The notes under the pieces are model-generated. The model made no database searches, was not told where the DNA came from, and was given only the letters and a program-made list of their open reading frames with translations. Source: Candidatus Bathyarchaeota archaeon (GTDB lineage: Archaea > Thermoproteota > Bathyarchaeia > Bathyarchaeales > Bathycorpusculaceae). Taken from it: a DNA stretch of 64,000 nucleotides. Numbering within the stretch: the stretch's first letter is position 1; each line of letters starts with the position of its first letter. Of the stretch, positions 41,628 through 50,148 are shown one piece after another. A program made the translations under genes and the position numbers. The stretch covers positions 512,001-576,000 of the forward strand of contig OY969706.1 in NCBI GenBank assembly GCA_963702095.1, read 5' to 3'.

Positions 41628-42908
41628 TCAAGCAAATCTGAAAGCTCCCAACGGAGGATAAGCAACCAGTGGAATTCCATATCGAATAGCATCTACTGCG
41701 TGGTCACGTCCCTTTACATCAACATTGTATTCCAACAGCTCACTTATCGCATTAACGCAGCGATGAGAAATGAAGAATCTTGGTGTATTATCTCCGGACT
41801 TTCGGAAGCGGGCGCCTAAATCACGTAAACCATCTTCGCGTTTAGCCGAATATGCTTCAGCAGCAAACCCTGAAATTCCTCTCTCTGGTAATCCACGCCT
41901 TATTTTAGTGATTGATTCAGGCTCAGACTTATCACACACTACAGGTCCACCGCCATATGTTTTTCTGAATCCGTCGAGCGCAACAATAAGGTCCTCAGCG
42001 GATGACTGCACTTTATAGTATTCGTCCAGGACCCAGAGCCTTCCGTCTCCATCAAACCCGTCAACTACGATTGCGGATGGATTAGTCCAACCGAAATCAA
42101 CACCATAACGAATCTTTAACGCTTTCAGGTCTGGAGGTTCTCTTACATGAATAGAGGTATCGAATTGAAAACTGCCCGCAGCAACATTTGCGAATCTTCC
42201 ATAAATGAACCGTTCAGCTAATCCTCCAGAATGACTTTGAACTATTGTGTCGATGAAGGCTTTGGGAAGAAATGGATTATCAAAAATGCTCCAGCGATAG
42301 ATAATGCTTTCAGGGTTTCGGGTTTGAGGATTTTCCAACTCGTTAAACAGAACACTCCCGAGTTTGTCTGTGGTGGTTGTTATCCATAAACCTGGCTTGA
42401 CTGGCACTTTGCATCTACCTGAACCTCGAAGACGTCGCTTAGCAGTTAGAAGAGCTTTATCTAAATGCAGAATTAGCCTTGCCTCGTCTAAATGGACATA
42501 ATCCAGATTTGCTCCCTCTACTGATTCTGGATTATCCCAGCTTCGAAACCACCAGTTAGAACCATTCTTCCAGTGCAACCTCATCTCCAAGCGGTTAAAA
42601 TCAGCAATGTAAGGATGACTAGTAAACGGAAAGGGACAGCCTAACAGGTATTTTGATTCGAGTGCAGGAATGATATTCAAACGAACCATTGGATAGCTAG
42701 GTTCAGTAATAACGCCAACGCTTCCCGGATAATCAAGCGCCCAGCGGATGTCTTCAAATAATCCACAGATAGTTTTTCCCGCACCTCCTCCGCATAAGGC
42801 AGCACGTTCATAGTACACTCCTCTACCTGCATGGAACTCAAATTGTTTTGGAGTTGGGCAATAGAGTAGGCTATTCTTCCCTGGAATAGGTGCTTCATTA
42901 CTTAGCAT
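41628..42908 (-). CDS. terL: Terminase large subunit
   Basis: PTPKQ, CGGGAGKT Walker A, EGANLDYVHLDEA Walker B, GVDFGWTNPSA and DHAVDAIRYG nuclease motifs. Confidence 0.93.
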   Translation of the reverse strand: MLSNEAPIPGKNSLLYCPTPKQFEFHAGRGVYYERAALCGGGAGKTICGLFEDIRWALDYPGSVGVITEPSYPMVRLNIIPALESKYLLGCPFPFTSHPYIADFNRLEMRLHWKNGSNWWFRSWDNPESVEGANLDYVHLDEARLILHLDKALLTAKRRLRGSGRCKVPVKPGLWITTTTDKLGSVLFNELENPQTRNPESIIYRWSIFDNPFLPKAFIDTIVQSHSGGLAERFIYGRFANVAAGSFQFDTSIHVREPPDLKALKIRYGVDFGWTNPSAIVVDGFDGDGRLWVLDEYYKVQSSAEDLIVALDGFRKTYGGGPVVCDKSEPESITKIRRGLPERGISGFAAEAYSAKREDGLRDLGARFRKSGDNTPRFFISHRCVNAISELLEYNVDVKGRDHAVDAIRYGIPLVAYPPLGAFRFA

Positions 42909-43395
42909 TTTGCTTCTCTTTCTCTTGCCTTTGCCGTTCCGTAGCTTCTAAGATCAATTTCCTCATTTCTGGGTCAACATCAAATGGTGTTCCAGCAATG
43001 GTCATGGTAGACTCTATCTGTTGAGGCGCCTCTTTTACGATCCCAGCCTTCATTAGTAATAAGCCAATTCGCATTTTTCCGTCTATTATCGTCCGTAAAG
43101 CTCCTATCTTAGCGTTTGAATTGTCGGCAGTGGCATACTCTATCCAGCAGCGCCTTGTGGCCTCATTTGCTCCTGCAATCAACTCTGCAAAATATGACTT
43201 GTCATTGAGCCGAACAACGGAATCAATCCAGCTTTCTCTTCTGTCCCAATCTTTGTAGATTGCATTGATTTCCCTTCTGCGCTCGTATGGGTTACTGATA
43301 TCCTTCGTCATTTCTTCAGCTGCGTCTCTTAGACGTGCACCCCTCACCATATGCCTTAGAAGTATTTCGCGTCTATCCAAGAGCCCCGTGTTCAA
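42898..43395 (-). CDS. Putative terminase small subunit
   Basis: 165 aa, N-terminal HTH-like and helical; overlaps the terL start. Confidence 0.55.
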   Translation of the reverse strand: MNTGLLDRREILLRHMVRGARLRDAAEEMTKDISNPYERRREINAIYKDWDRRESWIDSVVRLNDKSYFAELIAGANEATRRCWIEYATADNSNAKIGALRTIIDGKMRIGLLLMKAGIVKEAPQQIESTMTIAGTPFDVDPEMRKLILEATERQRQEKEKQNAK

Positions 43396-44482
43396 GCGGG
43401 TTCCCCCTTAATTGGACATTTTTGTCTCACATACTCAAGGGTGATACTGATTCTATTGGAGCTGGCGCTTGATCTGATTTCATCGTTTATTCTGGTGCTT
43501 CCTCCGCTATGTTTGGCATGCCCTACTCTCTTGATACGCCAATGGTCCATGTTGCCTCTTACCAACTGAGGATTACTAGTTACAATATAGAATGGAACTC
43601 TTGTTTGGGAAGTATAGAGTTCAGCAGTGAAGTTTAGGAGGCGCTTGCCTACTCCTATGCCTTGATAGTCTGGCAGAACTACAAGTCTATGGACTCGATA
43701 GTATCTGCTTCTCATGTGAATGTGCATGACAGCTATGAAAGCAACAGGCTTTTCTTGGTAAACTGCAGCGTAGCATCGAGCATGATTGGCCAAGGATCCA
43801 CTCAGATAGTGATGTTGCCGAAACATTTGCCAAAGTGAATTGCCGCACCTATGAACTTGGAGTTCAACGGGCGGCCTGCTTCTTTTTTTTGGCTAAACTC
43901 CATTGTATCGGTACACAAGACCCAATCAGGGTCCAGCCAGTCCACGACATCATAATGGCAAGTTACGGCTATGAATTTCTTCGCTGATCGACGGACTGCT
44001 TTGCTAATAGCAAAAGCGCTTACCTTTGCAATCTCTCTGTCCACAACGCTCGTGAATTCGTCAAAGACTATCAGCTCCTTGTTGAGACAGAGGGCTCGTG
44101 AGATATCTACTCGCATTTTCTCACCCTGGCTGAGGCAGTCATAGCTTTTGAGCCAATCCGGCGGAGAAGCAAACCCTACACTTGCCAGAGCCTTCGTGAC
44201 TTCTCCGGTCTCAAGATCCACCGGGAAATCATCAAGGATACACTTTTGCTTGTACTCGAACCCTCGAATGTAGTCATCAGGGAAAAGCTGTTTTGCTATG
44301 CTTGTTTTTCCCGAGCCGCTTCTGCCTACAATAACCCCAATTTGCCAATCTTCAGTTTCAATTGGAAGTGAACCTTTGAAGCGCTTTTCTAGTTTGACGT
44401 CGGAGAGAGCGAAGCTTCCAACAATGCTTTGTGCTCGGAAGCTATCTGCTTGTATCCAACTTTTTATAATGTCAAAATCCGT
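43392..44482 (-). CDS. ABC-type ATPase plus GNAT acetyltransferase, joined by a -1 shift at 43883-43890
   Basis: Frame extends upstream of 44221 to GRSGSGKT, then LSQGEKMR, VFDEFTS, VTCH; GNAT part FRQHHYL..RLVVLPDYQGIGVG. Confidence 0.85.
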
Positions 44483-45043
44483 AGTTTGTATCCCTCGCTC
44501 TTTAGTTTTTCAAAGAAGCGTTGTTGCTCAGTTTCATCTTTGCACTCTACGATAAGCTCCCAGGTTTCTGGAACAAATACTGAGTCATATTGTCTATTAT
44601 CACCTGGAAAGCGTTCTCCAACCGATTCCAATAGCAGCTTGAGATTTTCCTTTTCCCCTAACTCAGCAATCCGTTCGAACTCGGCTGCATCCAGGTCCTT
44701 TGTTGTGTTTGCCTTTGAGTTTGTTGAGTATTTGGCGGAGCATTCGCCTATCGACGTCAGTGATTGGCAACCGCAGAACAGGCGCGTAGAATTCACCATG
44801 TTGCCTACAGACTTCTGCTCTCTGTTCCCCATCTGCGTACATGCCGTCTTTGTTGGTTATAATTGGGTATGTCCAACCATACCTTTGCAAGCTCAGCCAA
44901 ATTTGTTTTTGCTGCTTAATGGTGGTTCGGTTAGGGTTGTTTTGGTCCGTGGACAAGAGACGAATATCTTCTAATAATGGTAAATAGGCATCCGGCACTT
45001 TGAGTGATGTCTTCCCTTCAGTGGAATTAACGGTGTTGCTTAT
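44464..45043 (-). CDS. ParB N-terminal-domain protein; frameshift near 44700; start uncertain
   Basis: DQNNPN..SLQRYGWTYPII..ADGEQR..NKLKGKH, continuing to LIVECKDETEQQRFFEKLKSEGYK. Confidence 0.8.
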
Positions 45044-46929
45044 GGCATAGCCGCCCCTTTTCCATTTGAAGAATCGGAGAAATCTTTTGGTTCCTCGGTA
45101 CTTATCCAAAGATAATATACTTTTTGTGTTCGGCGGTTATTTTTGCCAGTGAATGGTTCGCTGCCTTGTTCGATTTCTTCTCTATCTTTTAGGCTTCTGA
45201 CCGCTAACTCTGCTTCTCTTGCATCGACATTCGCCATACGCATCATGTCGGAATGGTAGACTTTTTGACCGTTCTGCCCATGCTTTTTTATATATTCCCT
45301 AACTCGAGCGAGTGGTTTGCCCATATCAACATAAGTGACTAATTCAGATGCAGCTATCAGGCAGGGTTTGAGGAAAGCCCATGCCCTTTGAACATGTCTT
45401 TTTTGTACGATTATTCGATCGGTCAGTTGAATAGTTGAATTAGTTGGATTAGTAGGGTTAACTGTGTTAGTATCCTTTATGTCTTCTACTAATTCTACTA
45501 ATCCTAATAATTCAACTAATTTACGAATTGAAGTCTGCTCCTTTTTTGTGAGCTTGGAATATTCGCCAAGTGATTCGCTAACCAAGTTGATGTCAGCGAA
45601 AGCTATCACATAGTCGAGGTATCTTCCACCAAAAGCATCAACATTCGCAAACTCTGGGCTTTCATATACTTCTTTTTCGACAACCTCGTTGTAGAATTTC
45701 AGGGCTTCATCGCTGAGCTCAAAGTACGCACCTTTCTTGTCTAATTGGTCAAGAAGAATTAAATTTTCTGTTAAATGGGTCTGCAGCTCAAAAGCCTCCA
45801 CCCTTAGCCGTGCTCTCGGTCTCCGTTTCGCTTCTCCAGGATTCAATACCCACCGCGGTAGTAATCCACCGCATGCCATTTCCCTTGTCACGTTTTCCTT
45901 CAAAACTTCAGGAGTGCAAGTGCTCACGATGCTGAGGTAGGGTTCCTCGATTGTGTATTGTGTTTCCACGCCGTTGAGGCTTTTTTTGCTTCTCGAGTAC
46001 TTTTTGCAGCCAAAAATTTCATTGAGGACTTCAGCTAATGTTGCTTGGTAGTTGCCAGTTTTTATGCCTTTAAGCAGTTTACTGAATTCACCCATTGGCT
46101 GGATGACAGCGTTTTTCTTGCTCATTATTTCAACAAGCCTTTCTTGTGAAGCCACATCATTGTCTGTCAACCTATCGGGTGGTATAAGCTCTAAACCCAT
46201 GTCCTGACTGGTTGATTTCCTCGTTGTGGTGCTCTGCCCGATATGAGCCATATACATTCGGTGGTAAACTGCTTTGGGCTGAATCAAATTAACCACGTCG
46301 TGCCCTAAGAGGTGCCCAATTCCAAAGTAGGCCATCCCGACTCCGTAGTTCGTTGGTGCATCCGTCTTGCAATCCCAATACCGTTTTGTTACCTCAATGT
46401 GGCTTTCAATAGGGTCTGGAACGTAATCTTCACGTTTGGTTTCATGTTTAAGAATGACTTGATTCGAAAATTGACCGGAGTAAACTAGCGTCATATAGTT
46501 TCCTCCTTTTCCGCTTCCAAGGTCGGAGTGCTTTCTAACATTAACCTGAGTAATTTTGGTCCGATAAGAAAGACTGGAGTAATCAACCCTGGTTTTCTCT
46601 ATTTGAAAAGCGAGCCACTTTACGCCAACATCATATTTTTCCATCTTCAAAATTGTTTGAGTGCAACCGCAAATTGGGCATGCTCTCACACTATAGCCAT
46701 CCTCAAGCATCCAATGTGCGTCTTCCAAATTGCTCAAAAGAGTGTTAAAGTCCACACCACAATTCCCACACCTCGGAACTAGGATTTCTTGAAAACCATA
46801 ACCGCAAACTGTACATCCTTCAGAACGCGATTGATCTTTTGTGTCAAGTTCTCGCACCAAATATCTATGATTCTCAACATCATAGCTATGGCAATGCGGG
46901 CATTCTACGTGGTCTTGATTTATCACCAT
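45040..46929 (-). CDS. Putative replication protein: N-terminal Zn-ribbons, DUF3987-like ATPase, C-terminal wHTH-like region
   Basis: Four CxxC pairs; IGQSTTTRKSTS, GEFSKLL, YLSIVSTCTP, GGLLPRW. Confidence 0.72.
   Translation of the reverse strand: MVINQDHVECPHCHSYDVENHRYLVRELDTKDQSRSEGCTVCGYGFQEILVPRCGNCGVDFNTLLSNLEDAHWMLEDGYSVRACPICGCTQTILKMEKYDVGVKWLAFQIEKTRVDYSSLSYRTKITQVNVRKHSDLGSGKGGNYMTLVYSGQFSNQVILKHETKREDYVPDPIESHIEVTKRYWDCKTDAPTNYGVGMAYFGIGHLLGHDVVNLIQPKAVYHRMYMAHIGQSTTTRKSTSQDMGLELIPPDRLTDNDVASQERLVEIMSKKNAVIQPMGEFSKLLKGIKTGNYQATLAEVLNEIFGCKKYSRSKKSLNGVETQYTIEEPYLSIVSTCTPEVLKENVTREMACGGLLPRWVLNPGEAKRRPRARLRVEAFELQTHLTENLILLDQLDKKGAYFELSDEALKFYNEVVEKEVYESPEFANVDAFGGRYLDYVIAFADINLVSESLGEYSKLTKKEQTSIRKLVELLGLVELVEDIKDTNTVNPTNPTNSTIQLTDRIIVQKRHVQRAWAFLKPCLIAASELVTYVDMGKPLARVREYIKKHGQNGQKVYHSDMMRMANVDAREAELAVRSLKDREEIEQGSEPFTGKNNRRTQKVYYLWISTEEPKDFSDSSNGKGAAMP
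45422..45521. repeat. Inverted arrays of 9-bp repeats (consensus ATTAGTWGR) inside the rep gene; candidate origin
   Basis: aatagttga/attagttgg/attagtagg facing tctactaat/tctactaat/cctaataat/tcaactaat. Confidence 0.7.
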
Positions 46930-47017
46930 TAGGTTTTAACTCCTTTATTTTATTGCCTTTTGACATAATAGTTTTCGTTAATGTTGTTTCAGATTTTTCT
47001 CGAAAATGGTTTTGGTA

Positions 47018-47209
47018 TTATTTTTTGGAATCTGCAGAGTCTGCATCTCCCAAAAAAGGTTTTATGATGATGGTTCCGTGGACCTCTTCAAGTGTGACTT
47101 CATTTAATTTTTTACCATTCTCGTTTTCCACGAGTTTTAGCCAACTTGCGGGTAAAGTTACACCACGGCTATCTCCGTGTTCTATAATTTTTCTTAGTAT
47201 CGGGCACAT
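47018..47209 (-). CDS. AbrB/MazE/SpoVT-like DNA-binding protein
   Basis: RKIIEHGDSRGVTLPASWLK...IIIKP. Confidence 0.8.
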   Translation of the reverse strand: MCPILRKIIEHGDSRGVTLPASWLKLVENENGKKLNEVTLEEVHGTIIIKPFLGDADSADSKK

Positions 47210-47263
47210 GTTTAGTTTATTAACATAAACTTCATATAAGTAATATCTCTTTGATACTACTTT

Positions 47264-47869
47264 ATGAAACCGAGCGTTCTATTTGCATTACTTGAAAATT
47301 TTCCATTGACTTTCCAAGACCTCACATCAAAATGTGAATCCAATCGAAACCGTTGCCGCAAGATTCTCAATGATTTGAAGAAAAAAGGTTTCATTACAGA
47401 AAGTGAGCACAAACGAGGGCAAAAAGCGTTTTTTAGTCTAACGGAGAAAGGTCGAAGTGAAGCCCTCAAAGAAGTCAACAATGCTTTGGCATCAAACATG
47501 AGAATACTGAAATTCGACCTTGAACAGACCTTAACAAAATATGGTCTATATCATATGAGACGACAAGCTGCCTTTCACCCAAATAAGGAGATATTTGAGA
47601 GGAGATGCATCGATCAAGACAGTGTAAAAATGATGCAAGCAAAAAGGGAAGAGGTCTTGGAACCCTTAAACAATCTTTTCTTTGAAGTCGCAAAAGCCTT
47701 CGCAATAGCTGACGGTCGATTTCTCACATTAGAGAAAAATGGCGTTCCAAAGTATGATTTTGATAACTTGGCGTTTTGGTTTGAAGGTGGAAAGGCGCAC
47801 TTTATTGTTTTGCGAGATAATAAGAAATTAGGAGAGTTCCTAAGCGATATAAAGAAACCCGAGACCTAA
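47264..47869 (+). CDS. wHTH transcriptional regulator
   Basis: LTFQDL...ILNDLKKKGFI...FSLTEKGR; divergent from the AbrB/rep unit. Confidence 0.75.
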   Translation: MKPSVLFALLENFPLTFQDLTSKCESNRNRCRKILNDLKKKGFITESEHKRGQKAFFSLTEKGRSEALKEVNNALASNMRILKFDLEQTLTKYGLYHMRRQAAFHPNKEIFERRCIDQDSVKMMQAKREEVLEPLNNLFFEVAKAFAIADGRFLTLEKNGVPKYDFDNLAFWFEGGKAHFIVLRDNKKLGEFLSDIKKPET

Positions 47870-48012
47870 AAAGCTGAGTTCAGTCCAAAAGTGATTCCTT
47901 CCTTAAATTCGATTAGATCTTCTCACAAGGAAGCAGTATCAAAGTGATATTACTTATTCTGAGCTTCATGTATATTTTATGAGAATAAACCCGGAAAGAG
48001 GTAATCCCGATA

Positions 48013-49155
48013 ATGAAGTGCTGCCCACAATGCCAATCAGAAAAGACTTGGAAAGATGGCATTCGAGAAAGCAGCAACGGTGCGATCCAACGACATGTTT
48101 GCCGAAGTTGTGGCTATCGTTTTTCAGAAAATGATTCCGCCAAATCATTTTATTCACCTTCAAGTATAGGTTCTTTTAGCCAAATAGGCGCAACGCCTAA
48201 AGCCCATGGGCAGTTAGTGACAAATTTGGCAGCGATAGAACCGCTCAAAGAAGGGCCAGCGGGAGCCACAACTAAAACAGCAGAAGCCAAAGGCAAAATC
48301 CTCGAACATGCATGGTGGCTAAAGAAACAAGGTCGCAAAGACGGCACAATACTTGGCATAACAAAGCTCCTAAAAATCATGGTCAAAAAAGGAGCTGACC
48401 TCTACAATCCAGAAACAATCAAAGAAGTCATAGCCAAACAAACCTGGTCAGAAGGAAGAAAAGAAAACGCAGTAAACGCATATACATCATTTCTAAGAAT
48501 GACTCAAGGAACTTGGAATCCACCAATATACTGCAGAATCAGAAAGCTTCCTTTCATCCCAACAGAGCAAGAAATCGACACCTTAATTTCAAGTTGCACC
48601 TCAAAAGCAGCAACACTTCTTCAAACACTAAAAGAAACCGGCGCAAGAGTAGGTGAAGCCTGGAACCTAAAATGGACCGACCTTGACGTAGACAGAAGAA
48701 CAATAAGGATTACACCTGAAAAAGGAAGCGAACCAAGAATATTCAAGGTAACCCCAAAACTAATGACTATGCTACAAACTTTGCCAAAGAATAGCGTCTT
48801 CATCTTCGGAAGTTATCCCCTAAACGGCTACCGAACATGTTTTACACGTCAACGAAGAAAAGCAGCCACTAAACTCGCAAATCCTCGCCTACTGCAAATA
48901 ACATTCCACACTTTCAGACACTGGAAAGCCACAACCGAATACGCCAAAACCAAAGACATCCTCCACGTTATGCGACTACTCGGCCACAAGAACATCAAAA
49001 ACACCCTTGTTTATACGCAACTAATAGAGTTCAAGGATGACGAATTTATCTGCAAAATCGCAAAGACTATTCAAGAAGCCAGTGAACTCGTAGAAAACGG
49101 CTTTGAATATATTTGCTCATTCGAGGAAGCTAAGCTATTCAGAAAACGCAAGTAG
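48013..49155 (+). CDS. int: Tyrosine integrase with N-terminal Zn-ribbon
   Basis: ETGARVGE, HTFRH, LLGHKNIKNTLVY; CPQC..CRSC; adjacent to the att site and tRNA. Confidence 0.95.
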   Translation: MKCCPQCQSEKTWKDGIRESSNGAIQRHVCRSCGYRFSENDSAKSFYSPSSIGSFSQIGATPKAHGQLVTNLAAIEPLKEGPAGATTKTAEAKGKILEHAWWLKKQGRKDGTILGITKLLKIMVKKGADLYNPETIKEVIAKQTWSEGRKENAVNAYTSFLRMTQGTWNPPIYCRIRKLPFIPTEQEIDTLISSCTSKAATLLQTLKETGARVGEAWNLKWTDLDVDRRTIRITPEKGSEPRIFKVTPKLMTMLQTLPKNSVFIFGSYPLNGYRTCFTRQRRKAATKLANPRLLQITFHTFRHWKATTEYAKTKDILHVMRLLGHKNIKNTLVYTQLIEFKDDEFICKIAKTIQEASELVENGFEYICSFEEAKLFRKRK

Positions 49156-49195
49156 CTAATTAATGATTATCTCCACAAAAGCTTGGGGTTCGTCC

Positions 49196-49224
49196 ATGGA
49201 GCTGGGGATGGGAATTGAACCCAT
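49196..49224. repeat. Right att site (overlaps the tRNA-Cys 3' end)
   Basis: Identical to 19553-19581. Confidence 0.96.
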
Positions 49225-49272
49225 ATAGAGCAGCTCTGCAGGCTACCGCCTAAGCCATTCGGCCACCCCAGC
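49197..49272 (-). tRNA. tRNA-Cys(GCA), intronless, CCA encoded
   Basis: GCTGGGG/CCCCAGC acceptor stem, CTGCAGA anticodon loop, GGTTCAATTCC T-arm, U discriminator then CCA. Confidence 0.96.
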
Positions 49273-49540
49273 ATGTGAAACTTAAGTATATCCCACATAA
49301 AAATATTGTTTCCACTAGACACTATTTAGATGGGTTGGCTGCCTGGGACGTTTATTTTCTTTCATATTTGACATTTTTAGGGATAAGTTTCTGTGGAGTA
49401 GACTGCGCTAACAGTCAGCCAAACCATGCCCAACCCAGAAGTCACCATCAGATAGCTGATAACTCTCGAATGTATTCCATCTCTAATGTTGGGCGAACCT
49501 TGCGGAGCCAATATGTTAGTGAATCAGATTTTCTGTTGTA

Positions 49541-49664
49541 CTGCTTGAGGATTTGTCCACAACCAGCCAGCAACCCATACCCACTGTAGAACCCAAAAAG
49601 CAACCGCCAGCAAAACCCACAGGAAGAAGATGAGCAAAGACGACTCTACCCTCATCTTAAACTA
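49541..49664 (-). repeat. 124-bp dispersed repeat, copy B (inverted relative to 11995-12118)
   Basis: One mismatch versus copy A. Confidence 0.95.
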
Positions 49665-49763
49665 GAAAAATGAAACTACGTGCGAGCCCTCAGCAGCGAC
49701 CAGACAAAAAAATAAAAAATCCGGATCTGGCGCCTTATAGTAAATAAGAAGGGTCCGGTTGCA

Positions 49764-49782
49764 GAGAGGATAACTTCCTCTC
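49764..49782 (-). terminator. Hairpin immediately after the paaI stop
   Basis: GAGAGGA-taact-TCCTCTC 7-bp stem. Confidence 0.35.
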
Positions 49783-50148
49783 TTAATTTTTCTTGAAAGC
49801 TAAACCCGAAAAAAACGCCACCAACTTCTCGTCTTTACATACCGCAACATGGTAGAGCCCCGTGGTTTTACCATCCGAAATACGCGTTGCCTCCGCCGTC
49901 AAGATATCGCCTTCGCCTGTGGGACGCAGAAATTTGATGTCCACCTGAACTGCCACTGCAACGTTGTCGCCGTAGTTGCAGGCGTGTGCAAACGCGTAAT
50001 CCGCCAAGGAAAAGATGGCGCCGCCATGTGTGAACCCCAACGCGTTGGTGTGGGTTTTCTCGACTTTCACGGTGACTTTGCAGTAGCCATCTTTGGCTTC
50101 GAGGACTTTTATGCCGAGTGCTTCTGCGAAGTGGTCGGTGCCTTTCAT
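49783..50148 (-). CDS. paaI: PaaI-family hotdog thioesterase
   Basis: NALGFTHGGAIFSLADYAFAHACN. Confidence 0.9.
   Translation of the reverse strand: MKGTDHFAEALGIKVLEAKDGYCKVTVKVEKTHTNALGFTHGGAIFSLADYAFAHACNYGDNVAVAVQVDIKFLRPTGEGDILTAEATRISDGKTTGLYHVAVCKDEKLVAFFSGLAFKKN

Larger units (their letters stand above)
19553..49224. mobile_element. ~29.7-kb tRNA-Cys-integrated element: virus-derived replication/packaging arm plus defence island
   Basis: Flanking 29-bp repeats; tyrosine integrase next to the tRNA; terminase genes; AT-rich cargo. Confidence 0.93.

Noticed and set aside
44690-44710. ParB frameshift as a second programmed event
   Set aside because: It needs a +1 shift and has no clear slippery heptamer or stimulator; more likely an indel.
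47018-47209. AbrB/MazE gene as half of a toxin-antitoxin pair
   Set aside because: No adjacent PIN, MazF or RelE-like toxin; its position fits a regulator of the rep unit.
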